The notes under the pieces were generated by a model, which worked only from the letters and a program-made list of their open reading frames with translations, was not told the origin of the DNA and ran no database searches. Source: Octopus sinensis (lineage: Eukaryota). From it: a DNA stretch of 64,000 nt. A program made the translations under genes and the position numbers. The stretch spans positions 51,646,001 to 51,710,000 of the forward strand of contig NC_043014.1 in the NCBI RefSeq assembly GCF_006345805.1, written 5' to 3'. Positions 27,795-40,394 of the stretch are shown one piece after another. Position 1 is the stretch's first letter; each line of letters begins with the position of its first letter.

Positions 27795-27975
27795 ACACTG
27801 TCGCTTACGACGACGAGGGCTCCAGTTGATCCGATCAACGGAACAGCTTGTTCGTTATATTAACATGCAAGTGGATGATCACCACACAGATACGCGTAAC
27901 CCTTCACATACTTCTGAAGGAGATTCAACGGGATTCGGAGTGTGACAAGGCTGGTCCCCTTCAAATGCACTGCTA
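27795..27975 (-). mobile_element. SINE tail type X fragment
   Basis: The reverse complement aligns with 8710-8890 (ccttgtcac...gctgttcc.ttgatc.gatcaac.gg..ccctcgtcgtcgtaa). Confidence 0.75.
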
Positions 27976-28135
27976 TAGTTAGTATTATTATATATTTCCA
28001 AGCTGAAGTTTGGGCATTGGTTGTGTGTGAATGTTAAATTTGAAGTGTTTAGAGTCAAGAAGGTGTACGCTTGGACATAATAAATATATATTCAACCGTA
28101 CTCCTTCTTCTTGACTCAAATCTCTTCAATTCAAT

Positions 28136-28342
28136 ATATATATACATTCATTTAGAGATAGTAGGCCCCTTCATATCACAATATAAAAGAAATTTAATTT
28201 AAATACTTACTACTTTATAACTTGGCTACACGTGTTTCTTGAGGTACGTGTAGCCAAGCTATAAAGTAGTAAATATTTAAATAAAATTTCTTTTATATGG
28301 TGAGATGACGGGGCCTACTATCTCTAATTGAATGTATATATT
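28136..28342. repeat. Long inverted repeat (~95-bp arms, 12-nt spacer)
   Basis: 28139-28233 versus the reverse complement of 28246-28340 shows 7 mismatches by manual alignment. Confidence 0.9.
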
Positions 28343-28400
28343 TGCTCATTGAGAATAATTTGAACTCCTGTTATGCCGGAATTTTTATTCTCTAACAAAT

Positions 28401-28483
<83 letters not shown>

Positions 28484-29203
28484 TGTTATCTCATCATTTG
28501 CCAGTGTCCATTTTATGCTCAATCGCTCAGCCTGATTACATAAGATGAAAATGATTTGAAAATTCCTTTGTTGGTAACCTAGTCACCGGCACCATATTGA
28601 AGAATCTTCGTTATTCCTGACCTGGAAAAGACCTGTAGCATTTATTTTGAAATACTTGGCATCCAATTGTTTTGAACTACATCTCAACCTATCCAGAAAA
28701 TATTTCTATTTCTTTCTTCGTACATTTTTGTTTTCTGAAGTCTTTTTTTCCACACCATGAGTAACAGTTATTAACAAACGTGAAGTCACTGACCTCCCCC
28801 CCTCTTTATGTGCCAAACATTCGAAAAATTTCCAAATTCGTTTTCTTTGATGTTTTCTGTACTTAGGCTTTTATGCTTTGAGAATCTGAACGATTGTTTG
28901 TTATTGCAGCATATTAATGCGTTCGCAAAAAAATGTGTACTACGCGGTTAATGAACTCTGAAAGTAAAATCTTCAACAAAGTGTAGGTCAGAGCGAGAGA
29001 GAGAGAAGAGAGAGAGAGAGAGAAATACCGATGTTTTATTGGTGCATTCAGAGCTCATCTCAGAAAAAGATATTTTCATATAAACGTATATACACGCAGA
29101 CCTACGTATAAGAATACACGTTTACCTCCCCACACACGAAGATATATATGTACGCAATATATATATATATAGATGGATGAATGAATGGTACAACAAGGCA
29201 CCA

Positions 29204-29256
<53 letters not shown>

Positions 29257-29923
29257 CATGTATGTAAATGTATATATATGTGTGTGTGTGTGTATTGGCA
29301 AGAGCACACACACGTGCGTTTAGTTTTCTTTGTCGAAACAAAACCGTACTCGATACCATAGTGGATAATGAAGTTTATTTGGGTTGAGTCAGGTGCTTGC
29401 AATTAGGAGTGCCCCATTTGGGCAGACGCGCTCTGCAGCTAAATTATAGCTGAGAAAGATGATGGAACGTGCACATCTATAAATACATTATAAAATAGAT
29501 AGATAACGTTGTGTGTGGTGGTTTTTTTCTTGTCTTTTCTTCTTAGTTTCTTCTTTCTTAACCCTGTATCATACCCGTTACCCTATATGTAGATGCGCAA
29601 ATTTCATTCCTACTTTAATCAGACATTTTATATATTAAAACAAAAAAGGCAAATTGCAGAAAACCAATTAACACAAGGGGTGCTCACTGTTGGAGAGTCT
29701 CAGACAAGAAGTGCCCTCGATGATGATTTAAATATCTACAGCAACAATTGATTGTTTAGAAATAACAGCTATGTCTCCCTCAACTAAAAACAGAAACAAG
29801 TACCTAAGCATAGCTTCAGAAGAAACTATGAAGTATACAGGATAATTTTCTGTTAAATACGCACTGCACTCCGATGTATTCATAGTAGGGTTGCTTCACT
29901 TACCTACACCTGATTTTGCTAAG

Positions 29924-30202
29924 TTAACCATGGGGGAATGAAACGATGACGACCACCACCAACAAAAATAACCAGCATAGTGGTAGCAGAAGTAGCGACA
30001 GGCCTACGCCATCACCAATATCCTTCATGAAACGCCGGTTCTTCCTTTTCCTTTTATCAATTAAAATTCTATAGACAACGGATTTTAGATAAAGTAAAAT
30101 TTCCCCGAAATTCCTTTGTAGAGATTTCAGTTCAATATCTGAAAAATATCGCAAACATAAGTCGTAGATATCAAAATCTTTCCATTCCTCAGAAGAAGAT
30201 AT
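29924..30202 (-). CDS. Candidate terminal exon, 92 aa, basic cluster plus C-terminal hydrophobic segment
   Basis: ttccattgttAG|ATA TCT..., reading ISSSEEWKDFDIYDLCLRYFSDIELKSLQRNF...KRKRKNRRF...LSLLLLPLCWLFLLVVVVIVSFPHG*. Confidence 0.15.
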   Translation of the reverse strand: MSSSEEWKDFDIYDLCLRYFSDIELKSLQRNFGEILLYLKSVVYRILIDKRKRKNRRFMKDIGDGVGLSLLLLPLCWLFLLVVVVIVSFPHG

Positions 30203-30304
30203 CTAACAATGGAATATCTTTGATGTCTGCGAGACAATAGATGAGATAACATTCACGATATTATAATCATTTGTTTTATCTCTGCGTGTGGTATTAAGGT
30301 TTTA

Positions 30305-30396
<92 letters not shown>
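30305..30396. repeat. (TATC)n tetranucleotide
   Basis: Near-perfect run of more than 20 units. Confidence 0.95.
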
Positions 30397-31509
30397 ATTA
30401 ATAATATACATACATTTGTATTTAGATGTTTATACATATCCATAAATAGGTGTATGGAAATGTATATGTTTATATATATATGTATACTCACAATATGCTG
30501 CTATTATTTTGAACGTCACTTCGAAATCATGAAGTTATTGTTTCGATTCATGTGCACAGAGTACTCGGGAAGCATTGTTTTCTCTAGTCGCGAGTGAAAT
30601 CGTGCGTTTTTAGTTGTCGGTATGGGTACATTATACAAGCCATTAGATGAATTGCGCTTATAATCTGCATATCCTGCCTTTGCACATTGATCTCAGTTCA
30701 TATTTAAATTGAAGTTAAATAAGTTTGTGGAATGTTTAGTCACTTCAAAGCTAATTATATGAAGTTAGCAGTTGTCGAACAATTAAACATGCTAGGAAAT
30801 TCTCGCCACGATTCATTAAATCTGACTATCTACCGGATTATATTTGTATCCATGCATATGTGCATGCATGTATGTGTATGCATGTATGTGCATGTATGTA
30901 TGTGTATACATGTATATATAGAAATATATATCTGTCTGATTATAATGTAAATATGTAAATATATAAAGAAGCCAATGATCAAAAAAAGAAGAGAACGTGG
31001 GAGGGACATATTTTAACTAATGTCACGTTAACATAAGCATAAAAATTAAGAATCAAATTTCTAACATTTTGAACGATAGCTCTTCATCAGTATGGATATC
31101 CAGAAGAAAAGGGAAGAGAAATGTTGGCTGCGGCATATAGATGAAATGTTTTCGAGTTGGTGTATGAATCTAACATTACTATCAAAGTAATTGCGCCATA
31201 TTTGCCCCGTATTCGGCGAAATTAGCTTAAATATATTATTGGATGCAGAACAGTTTTAGAACGATAATTATAAATATGGTGTTTTTACATTTTTTTTTGG
31301 CACAAACTACATAAATTTTATGGAAAGAAGAGACTATAATTGTCTACCTGTCATTGTTTTCTGAAAAGAATAAGCTGTGTGATATTTTCAAATATGGCAA
31401 TCAGGGATGTTTAATATAAATCATAACTCGACTTTTAACTTTTGTATACATCCTACGGTGCTTCCATTGTTATGCTCATAGGGCGCCCTCATATAGGGGC
31501 ACCACTTAC

Positions 31510-31750
31510 TGTGATAACTGAGTAACCAGCCTAGGCTCTGCTGAATGTCAGACTGAGATTTGAAAATTATTGGCCGCTCTCTGGCAGGTTTGTAGCCGTT
31601 CATGCCCGATCTCTTTCCTTGGACCACAACTCTGTTTACTGCTATCAAGCTGGAGATGACTCCGCCAGTGCGAGCCCTGTGAGTCGGAGTGGCTGCCCCA
31701 GCGCGTCGCCTTCGCTGGTCTCCGGGGCAAAGCCGTTTCCTCTCTCTCAG
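31510..31750 (-). other. GC/CpG-rich island ending in a consensus 5' splice site (possible first exon or unrecognised TE fragment)
   Basis: Roughly 65% GC at 31640-31740 in an AT-rich window. Donor CACA|GTAAGTGG at 31510/31509. Confidence 0.25.
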
Positions 31751-33477
31751 CCTTTTTCAGTTATTACTTGTTATTTTCCATTGATAAATATACATCGCTG
31801 TTGTATTAAAAGGGCAACAAGTATATCGACAAAACTAAAGCCAGTGCTTTTAACTACATAAAATTTATTGTGTTCAATAGATTTGTGGCGATTTTTTGGT
31901 GTCAGAAAAACAACTGAAACACACACACACACACATAAACGTAGTTAATATGTTCGTCTCAGTGACTTGGTTCTCTGTTTCATCGATTTATATACATACA
32001 TATGCATATGTGTAACTATACATACACACATATATAAGCTCAAATACATACACGCATACATATTCATACAACGTTACACACAAATACGCACACACCCGCG
32101 CATATATAATCTCTCTGTGAATAAGCTATCTTTTTGTCGATGCCTTATTAAAACAAATTTGAAACAGAGAAGATAAAGAACAACAAAAATGACAGAAATA
32201 AATATTAAAAAAACATAGAGAAGCAAGCAAGTTAGTTGTTTACAACGATATACTAGTCAACAAAGTATTATATGTATATAAACTATAGATATAATGATAA
32301 TCTTTGGATATATTCGACACATTAAATTATATCTTGTTTACGATTAAAACATTTATATCAGAAAGAAAGCCACTTTTAATAAATGGTTTCCCCAATACTT
32401 GTTAAAATGGCTGCACGGTTTCTTAAGTTGGTTGTTTTCATAGGTATTTCGTTTTAAAAATTAATGTTGCTTTTATGTTAAAAAATAAAAGATAAGATGT
32501 TATTATGCGGTGTAAGATATAAGCATATGTATGAATATGTATGTATGTATGTATGAATAATATATTTACAACTATATATATCTGTGTGTGTGTGTGTGCA
32601 TACGTATGTCTATATATATATATATTTCGTATATAGTCATGACAATATACTCCTATGCGTATATCTATAGTTATATTTATATATATGAATTTATATATGT
32701 ATGTGTGTGTGTTTAAGAGTATGTCCATATTTGTATATTTATATGTAAGTATATACGTTGATATATGCTTATATTTATATATATATATAAATGTATAGAT
32801 ATGTATATAATTGTATGTATATATATATGTATATACAAGTATATATATGTATATATGTATATATATGTATATATGCAAATATTTATATGTATATATATGT
32901 ATATATGCAAATATTTATATGTATATATGCAAATATTTATATGTATATATATGTATATATGCAAATATTTATATGTATATATATATATATTCATATGCAT
33001 AAATGTATGTTTATTTACACGTATGTATATATATTACACTCTTTGAAATATGTCAGTTCATTTTTAATGGCTAGCCCCCATTTTAGATGGTAATAACTTA
33101 CTTAAATACTGCTTAATGTTATTTAAAATTCAATATCTAAAATATAACAGTGTGTTTTAGACTATTATGAGACTAGATAGCGCTATAGGAGACTATGAGA
33201 ATATATTAGCCTAATACGATTTTAGTAGCCATTTGAAAAAAAGCCTCTTTAAAATTTCGTGATTTGCATGACGCATCTAGACCTCAGACACGTGATTGCT
33301 TCTTTGCTTACCATTTAAAAATTCCTAAGATCGAATCCTCTCGAATTCTACTTTGATTTTCATTATTCTAGAAAAAAAAAGATTGAGCTCCCAAATGCTT
33401 ATGGCTTGTTTCTATTTATATTCAAAGTTAGAGAACATATATTAAATGCTTGTAGTCATTCTAATGTTTCGTACACA

Positions 33478-33666
33478 TGACCGTGTGTGTATCGTTGGCG
33501 ATTTTTTTCCTCCGTCTTCCTTTCTTTGGATCTTTCCTTTTCCTATGTTTCTGACGAAGAGCTCCGCTCGAAACGTTGGATCCTCATTCTTTCTTTACTT
33601 TCCTGAGCGTCCAATAACACTATACTTGTTCCACGTCCTCGCATTGTTGTGTTTTCATGTTTGGAT

Positions 33667-33670
<4 letters not shown>
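33478..33670 (+). mobile_element. ~195-bp hammerhead-bearing repeat, copy 3
   Basis: Homologous to 13437-13630 and ends in GATTAAC+(TA)n. Confidence 0.6.
33547..33581 (+). ncRNA. Minimal type-I hammerhead ribozyme-like motif (intact core, weak stem I)
   Basis: GTTT-CTGACGA-A-GAGC(TCC)GCTC-GAAA-CGTT-GGAT. The core is the canonical CUGANGA/GAAA, but stem I is mostly G-U wobbles. Confidence 0.7.
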
Positions 33671-33708
<38 letters not shown>

Positions 33709-34132
33709 ATATGTATATATATATATACATACATACATATATACCTACCTGTGTATGTGTCTCTGAAATGGTAAAGAACCTGATAATTCTGTAGAATGCA
33801 TTGCCAAATGCCAAAAATTCCCATACCATAAAATGCAATTCCAAACACCAACTATTGTTGATTGGAGGTGAGGCTTTAGTAATGGCGATTTCGGAGAGTT
33901 GGGTTGATTCTTTGCTTGGACAGTGGCAAATTTTCACAGGAGGCACGAACACTTTCATTGTGATTTTTAAAAAAATCATTTTACGTCTTATTGATATTTT
34001 GCGAAACACCTCTGGCTGTTTTATAGATGCTCTGACTTTCATATGATGAAACGGAGAAACTTGTCCTATGAGGGGAAATATTAATAGAAATGCATGGAAA
34101 ATATTGAACTCCTTTAAAAAAAACCTAAATTC

Positions 34133-35870
34133 CATTTCATTAAGTATGTTTGCTTCGACTTAACGAGGATTAATGTTAAGAACCCTAAAATCAAGAACGC
34201 CATAATTAATGCAGTTGGGCAATATGTATTTTCTATCATTTCAACATAACTGAAATATATTTAATTATCTACGTGAGAAAAATTTAGAACATTGGAGTGA
34301 TGGGAAATAGCTGGTTTTCATTGGTAAAACTTGGACTAGATAAAATTGTAAATAGTACTCTAAATATAATGGGTTTAACAGCCCACGTGCATTTCTCTTA
34401 TGTAAGCGTGAGAGAGATTATGATAGGTAGAGTCTTTAGTCGCAGACGATAGGTGGAGGTTCAGAAATTTCGAGTTGAACAAAACCTTTATATTGTTCAA
34501 ACGTTTGCGCAGTACATTAGCCCATTCCCGGCATCAAATCGATATTTTCATCGCAAGTACATGGCGTGTTACATATCAGATGCCAAAGTGTTGAACAGCA
34601 TGAAACGAAAAGTTGTGTCCATGAGCACAACTTGCCGGCGAGTCCGTGAATCGAAACAAACGATTTTGCGATGGCGTGTACAACTCCGTAACGACTACGC
34701 CATTAACTTTCATGTGGACTCATTGAATATATCAATGAATAGTATTCTGGTAGGATCTCTTCTACCAAATTTCAATCACATGGTTTTGGACAATACAAGG
34801 ATTGAGGAAAACTCGCATGTGCAATGTACTTAGAGTTGGAATGAACTCAGGAACCAGTGCTTGCAAAAAGTAATTCTCAAACGATGTGTTTCTTCCAATT
34901 CTATTTCCCTACAAATTGCTGATCGTTTGGAATGGAGAAAAAACAGGATATTGCTTTCTTGATACCTCTTAGAGCAATACATTACCTACGGAAATAAAAC
35001 CTTCCAAGCAGAACAGAAAAGTAATTTCATTGACTCATGTCCCTCGCGTTTCAACTTTTAAGCCACGTCCTCTCGCCACTCTACCTTGAAATGACATTTC
35101 ATTTGCGCTATGACAGCTGAATAACGCTTTTTCGGGGGAATTGAATATTTATTGTTATGGCCAATAGATCAAAGCGAATATCGAACTTAAGATAGAATAT
35201 TAATAAAAATATAAATAAAGCAAAAATATGAATGAAACAAAATGACTATAAAACATGGACTAAAGTTCTTGGCAATTTATTTCGCTATTGGAATGCAGTC
35301 CTCCTTATATGTGCTGTTAATTAATTTTCTGCATGAATTCATTTCAAGGCAGGCTTACATTCAAATGTTCAGACATCAACACAGCACAGCAAAATACCTC
35401 AAATCCCTGTTTTATTTCACATATTTGAATCTTGGAATTCTTTTCCCTTCCATTTACTGACTAAACATAAATCATTTATTATAACTGAACAGTTCTCAGG
35501 AACGCTGTGATTTTAATTAATTAAACAATTTTGTTCATTTCCTTAAGTATGTTTTGCTCTACTTAACGAGGATTAATTTTAAGAATACTAAATTCGTAAG
35601 CGCCATCATCAACGCAGTTTGCAGTCAGAATATAAAGGAGAGAAATAAAAACCATCTAAATGCATCCATTTTGGCAATGTTCATTTCTATTAATTCAAGG
35701 TAACTGAAATATATACAATTATTTACGTAATAAAAATTTTGAACATTGCAGTAACGGGAAAGAACTAGGTACGATATGAGTAGATATCGTATGAGTAGAT
35801 GAAATTATAAATAATTGCCTATAAATACTGGGTTTAAAAAATCCACTCCTATTCGTGAGAGACATTCTGA
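34133..35870. repeat. Old diverged direct duplication (34133-34423 and 35536-35870)
   Basis: Shared anchors include ttaagtatgttt..cttaacgaggattaat, taactgaaatata, tgggtttaa and cgtgagaga. There is a ~45-bp insertion in copy 2. Confidence 0.75.
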
Positions 35871-35993
35871 CATGGAACCAAAGCAATCTTTTGAAATCCC
35901 CTATTTGTTGTAGACGCTTTTTACTTATTAAGGCAGAGTTCTAATTTCTATCCGAAGGTTCTTTTTCTTAAACCAATGTTTATACACCATCAA

Positions 35994-36380
35994 GGCGGCG
36001 AGCTGGCGCAAACGTTAGCAGGTCGGGCAAAATGCTTAGCGGTATTTCGTCTGTCTTTATGTTCTGAGTTCAAATTCCGCGGAGGTCGACTTTACCTTTC
36101 ATCCTTTCGGAGTCGATAAATTAAGTACCAGTTATGCACTGGGGTCGATATAATCGACTTAATCCGTTTGTCTGTCCTCTCTGTGTTTGGCCCCTTGTGG
36201 GTAGTAACGAAATAGATATTTCGTCTGTCTTTATGTTCTGAGTTCAAATTTCGGCGAGGTGGAAATTGCATTTCATCCTTTTCGGGTCTATAAATTAAGT
36301 ACCAGTTGCGTACCGAAGTCACTCACATCGACTGGTTCCCTCCCCCCAAATTTCGGGCCTTGTGCTTAGCGTAAAAAAGA
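35994..36380 (+). mobile_element. tRNA-derived SINE family B, composite with a duplicated central domain
   Basis: Head GGCGGCGAGCTGGCGCAAACGTTAGC. The domain atttcgtctgtc...gaggtcgactttacctttcatcctttcgg..gataaattaagtacc occurs twice (~36053 and ~36218). From memory it resembles the Meta-type SINE central domain (unverified). Confidence 0.85.
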
Positions 36381-38349
36381 ATACTTATTTACTATCATTT
36401 ATAACTTACCCTGTTTCGTGTTCCGAGGATAAAAAATGATTACATCTTACTTTGTAATTTTTAGCTAAGATGAATACAATTTTGAAATGTTTACGATCAA
36501 ATCCGAATTAGAACCGAGCCAGTCTAGTCGCTTTGCATAGTTCCTTTTCTTTTAAGGTACACATGTTGAAGTCTACATTTCTTTATTATATGGAAATATG
36601 AAATGAAATGAAAAATCTGCAGGTTAAACCATTCTCAAGAATGTAAATAATGCAAATAAAATGAATTAGCTTTCGACCAGTTCTTTGAGAGCCGTTTGCC
36701 TCTACCACTTGTGTAACGATTTAATACTTTAAATGCTTAAATATCAACAATCAATAGACCAAAGTACAAATGAAGAGACGAGGACAGAGATTTACAATTA
36801 CCAAAGGAAAATTGTTTGCATGTGTTGGAACTGTTACAAATAACAGTTACATATCATTCGTTTCATGCTGCATATATTTAATTGACCTGGCTATAAACGA
36901 CGTCACCAACTGCAATAGTGATAAATAATTAATGGCTAATGTGTTACGCAACCACGAATATAAACAATCTGCATTAGATTAATAAATGAATAGATAATAT
37001 TGTTCTGATTATATTTGAGGAAATATTTCTCGAGGGAGCAATTTGCACACAAAATACAAAGATACATTGTTTAGTTGTAGCATAAAATACGAAAATGAAA
37101 AAATCTAAATATTGTTTAATAAAGAAAAATTAACATTGTTTAACGAAATCATTAAAGAAGTGTAATCGCCAACGCGACTTAAAACGATATAAACTAAACC
37201 ATAAAAGGAATTGCTTAATCAAAAACTATAAGCAATATTGATATTATAGTATTAAGAGTACCTAGTGCTTCAAACCATCTGGGGAAAAAAAGACTTGTTT
37301 TGGTGCTATTAGCCATTGGCATCTCTAGAGGTAAGGCTAAGCGTCGCTTATATTCACACACATACCCAGATACACTCACGCACACATACAAACAAATATG
37401 TGAAATATAGAACACATCACGCTCTTATCTTCTGACGGACGCACTTGTTCATCGGGAGATAATAATTTTGTCACGATAGGAAGTAGTTATATAAATTAGA
37501 AATTGAAATTATGAGAAACATGTATCGAAATCATTTAATTAATTAATTATTTTTGTTCGCTTAATTAGAATTTCTTTAAATTTCAAGTCGTTTATAATAT
37601 GTATATGACTATTTCGTTCTTTTTAGAAATTGCCAGAATCACTTATTCTCTGTCTTATTAATTAAACATTTTATGAAGGGAGACATTTCATTAAAAATAG
37701 AAATAATTACAGAGAGATGGAAATGTATGGACTGTATTTTCCCTTCCTTTCCTTACTGAATGCTAGTAGATTCGAATTCGCGGAGAATACAGAAAGTTAT
37801 TTATTTTTATTTGTACATTTTGATATACGAATGTTTTGTTCATTTTTGATCTCCACATATATTACCATTACTCAGTCTCCTTACAGCATAGTGATACGTT
37901 ACTACTATAATCAGCAATGTTACTAAATATGCTATATAGAGAAAATGTAGGAGCAATTATGATAAACCCTGGTGGAAATCACTTGTTCAAGCTTTCAGGT
38001 TTGTCGCCATTTAGAAGCAACTCATTCTATGTTCCAAAGGACCATCTACAGCGCATTGTATAACATAATGCTACGTAAAACAAACGGCTGAACACGTGTT
38101 CCATTGATAATCCGTTGTGATAAAGAATACAGCTGCTCGTGGAACATCGAAAGCATTGATTCCCAACCAATATGACGGGGAAATATACGTTGTGATTGAA
38201 TTTTATAAACTGGTGATTATGATCATCTCGCATACATACACACGCGCATACACACAAAGTTAACGATGTAAGAATGGTATATTATGTATTTATTTATGTA
38301 TCTATAAAATCCATAAAATATAGCATACAAACACAAACACATATTTTTA

Positions 38350-38515
38350 TATATGAAGGGCTTCTTTAAGTTTCCTTCTACTAAAATCTACTAACAAGTC
38401 TTTGGTAGGCCCGAGGGTATAGTACAAGACACTTGCCAATGTGCCACGTAGGGGGACTGAACAGGGCACCACGTAGTTGGTAAGCAAGCTACTTACCACA
38501 CAGCAACTCCTGCCT
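38350..38515 (-). mobile_element. SINE family A, 5' half
   Basis: ggggactgaacagggcaccacgtagttggtaagcaagctacttaccacacagcaactcctgcc is the reverse complement of the head. Confidence 0.8.
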
Positions 38516-39514
38516 CTCTCTCTCTCTATATATATATATATGTATGTTGTATGTATGTATATATGAAATATACGCAATGATGTGGCAGTGATTATGAATA
38601 TCATCAGTGTAGCAGAGGTAAAATATCTGAGGTGTCCGTTCTTCTGGAGAAATAGATTTATAACACTGCACTAGTTCTATGGAAAGGAGACCAAATATAC
38701 GCGCGACAATCATATAAATAATTAAAGCTGCGAAAAAGTCTTGCAAGTATAATAATAACGGCTGCGTATTGCAGAGATTCCATGATTGTTGAGAAATAAG
38801 AACCGGTTCTTTAATAGCTTTTATCTTTCACGAAGAGCTCGAAGCACACCCAATTTTGAGCTGAGCATGCATGCTATGTACTATACACGCTATTTAAAAG
38901 CCGCGTTTAGAATTAATTTTACAATTGTGCTTCGTAGTGTTCTATAAATAATTTTTCCTATTAAATGGCGAGAAATCACTTTCGTTATCGTAAAAGCTAA
39001 TTGAAAACGTTTCACTGCGGTGAAAGATATTATAAAATAAAATATAGTTCAAGAACTAAGTGCCGTTGTACCTACACCTACAGGGAACGGTAAATAACAA
39101 AGGAGAACGGGAGAGAAGATAGAAATAGCAAGACAGGTAATAAGAGAGGGATTCGGATAAAGAACGTCAAATAGAGATACAGAAAGCAAGAGAGAGAGAG
39201 AGAGGGACAGAGGGAATAATAAAGAGATTAGTTAAACGTGAGGAGAAGGCAAGTCAGAAGCGTAGCATGATGTCTGCTTTTCCTTGCTATCTTTACTATA
39301 AAAGCTATTTGAAAATTCAATATAATTTCTACTGAAAAACAACTCTCCATCGTTTAGTTTTCGCTCTGGCGTGACACCAAGTCTTAATTCTATATTTGCT
39401 ATTCGAGTAAAGCCCTTTAATCTTAGTCTGGCTCAAACGTTTCGCCGGATCTAACAGATGAATGCAGGGCAAGTGAACGGAATGAATGAGGTTATTTATT
39501 AAATAAACCACCGA

Positions 39515-39546
<32 letters not shown>

Positions 39547-39623
39547 CAATTTGTAGTAATGCTCGAATCATCAACAGTAGTAGTAGTTGTAGTAGTAGTA
39601 GAGGTGGTAGTAGCAGCAGCAGC

Positions 39624-39670
<47 letters not shown>
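39515..39670. repeat. Compound trinucleotide repeat (ATC)n..(GTA)n(GCA)n(GTA)n
   Basis: Seen directly. It is the source of the poly-M and poly-T ORFs in the track. Confidence 0.95.
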
Positions 39671-40394
39671 ATTGAAATAAATCCGTGCCTTTCATCGATC
39701 TATTTCAAACGGTAAACCACGGTGTCAGTAGCAGTGATGACGAAGGCGACCACATCACTTAATAATACACTATCGCTTGGTGATGAAGACCACGATAATG
39801 ATTGATGATGATGACGACTGATTGATTGATGATAATTGGCAATTTTTATCGGCGAGTGAGATGTCATATTTTTGGCACTCTTTAACACATGCCGCTTATG
39901 ATAACTGTCCAAATCGCGCTATCGTAAATTTTGGCTCCCTATCCACAATCTGCATATGCCTGTGTGTATATATATATATAATTCAAACTTCCTGGTGTAT
40001 TATACCACTATATTCTTGCTTGTATATTAAATTGCGTTATTATATCTATTTCCTTAAACTATTAGAATTCAGTACATTACTAAAGAATAAAGCCATCTCG
40101 AAAGTTCCAATGGAAATAATAATAATAATAATAAGTAGAGAGATATGAACAAAGTATCTTTTTTTGTTTGTTGTATGTTTTACTTCTTTGGACAGCGGCT
40201 ATGCTGGAGCTCTTGAAAGCTTTTGTCAAATAAATTAACCCCAGTACTAATTTTTCAACCTTGATATTTATTTCCTCTCTTCAACATCGAAACTATAAGT
40301 TTGGCCATGCAAAGAATCTGACAAGAATTGTAGGCGATAGTGGGAGACAAAAAGACACATTCCTATATACGTGTGTCTGTGTATAAGGTAATTT

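Noticed and set aside
36410-36464. Strong minus-strand donor AGG|GTAAGT with a 55-nt exon candidate
   Set aside because: The acceptor is modest, there is an internal competing donor, and the peptide is unrecognisable.
39438-39470. Minus-strand CTGTTAGA-TCCGGC-GAAACGTT resembling the hammerhead repeats
   Set aside because: The core is corrupted, there is no stem II, and there is no flanking homology to the family.
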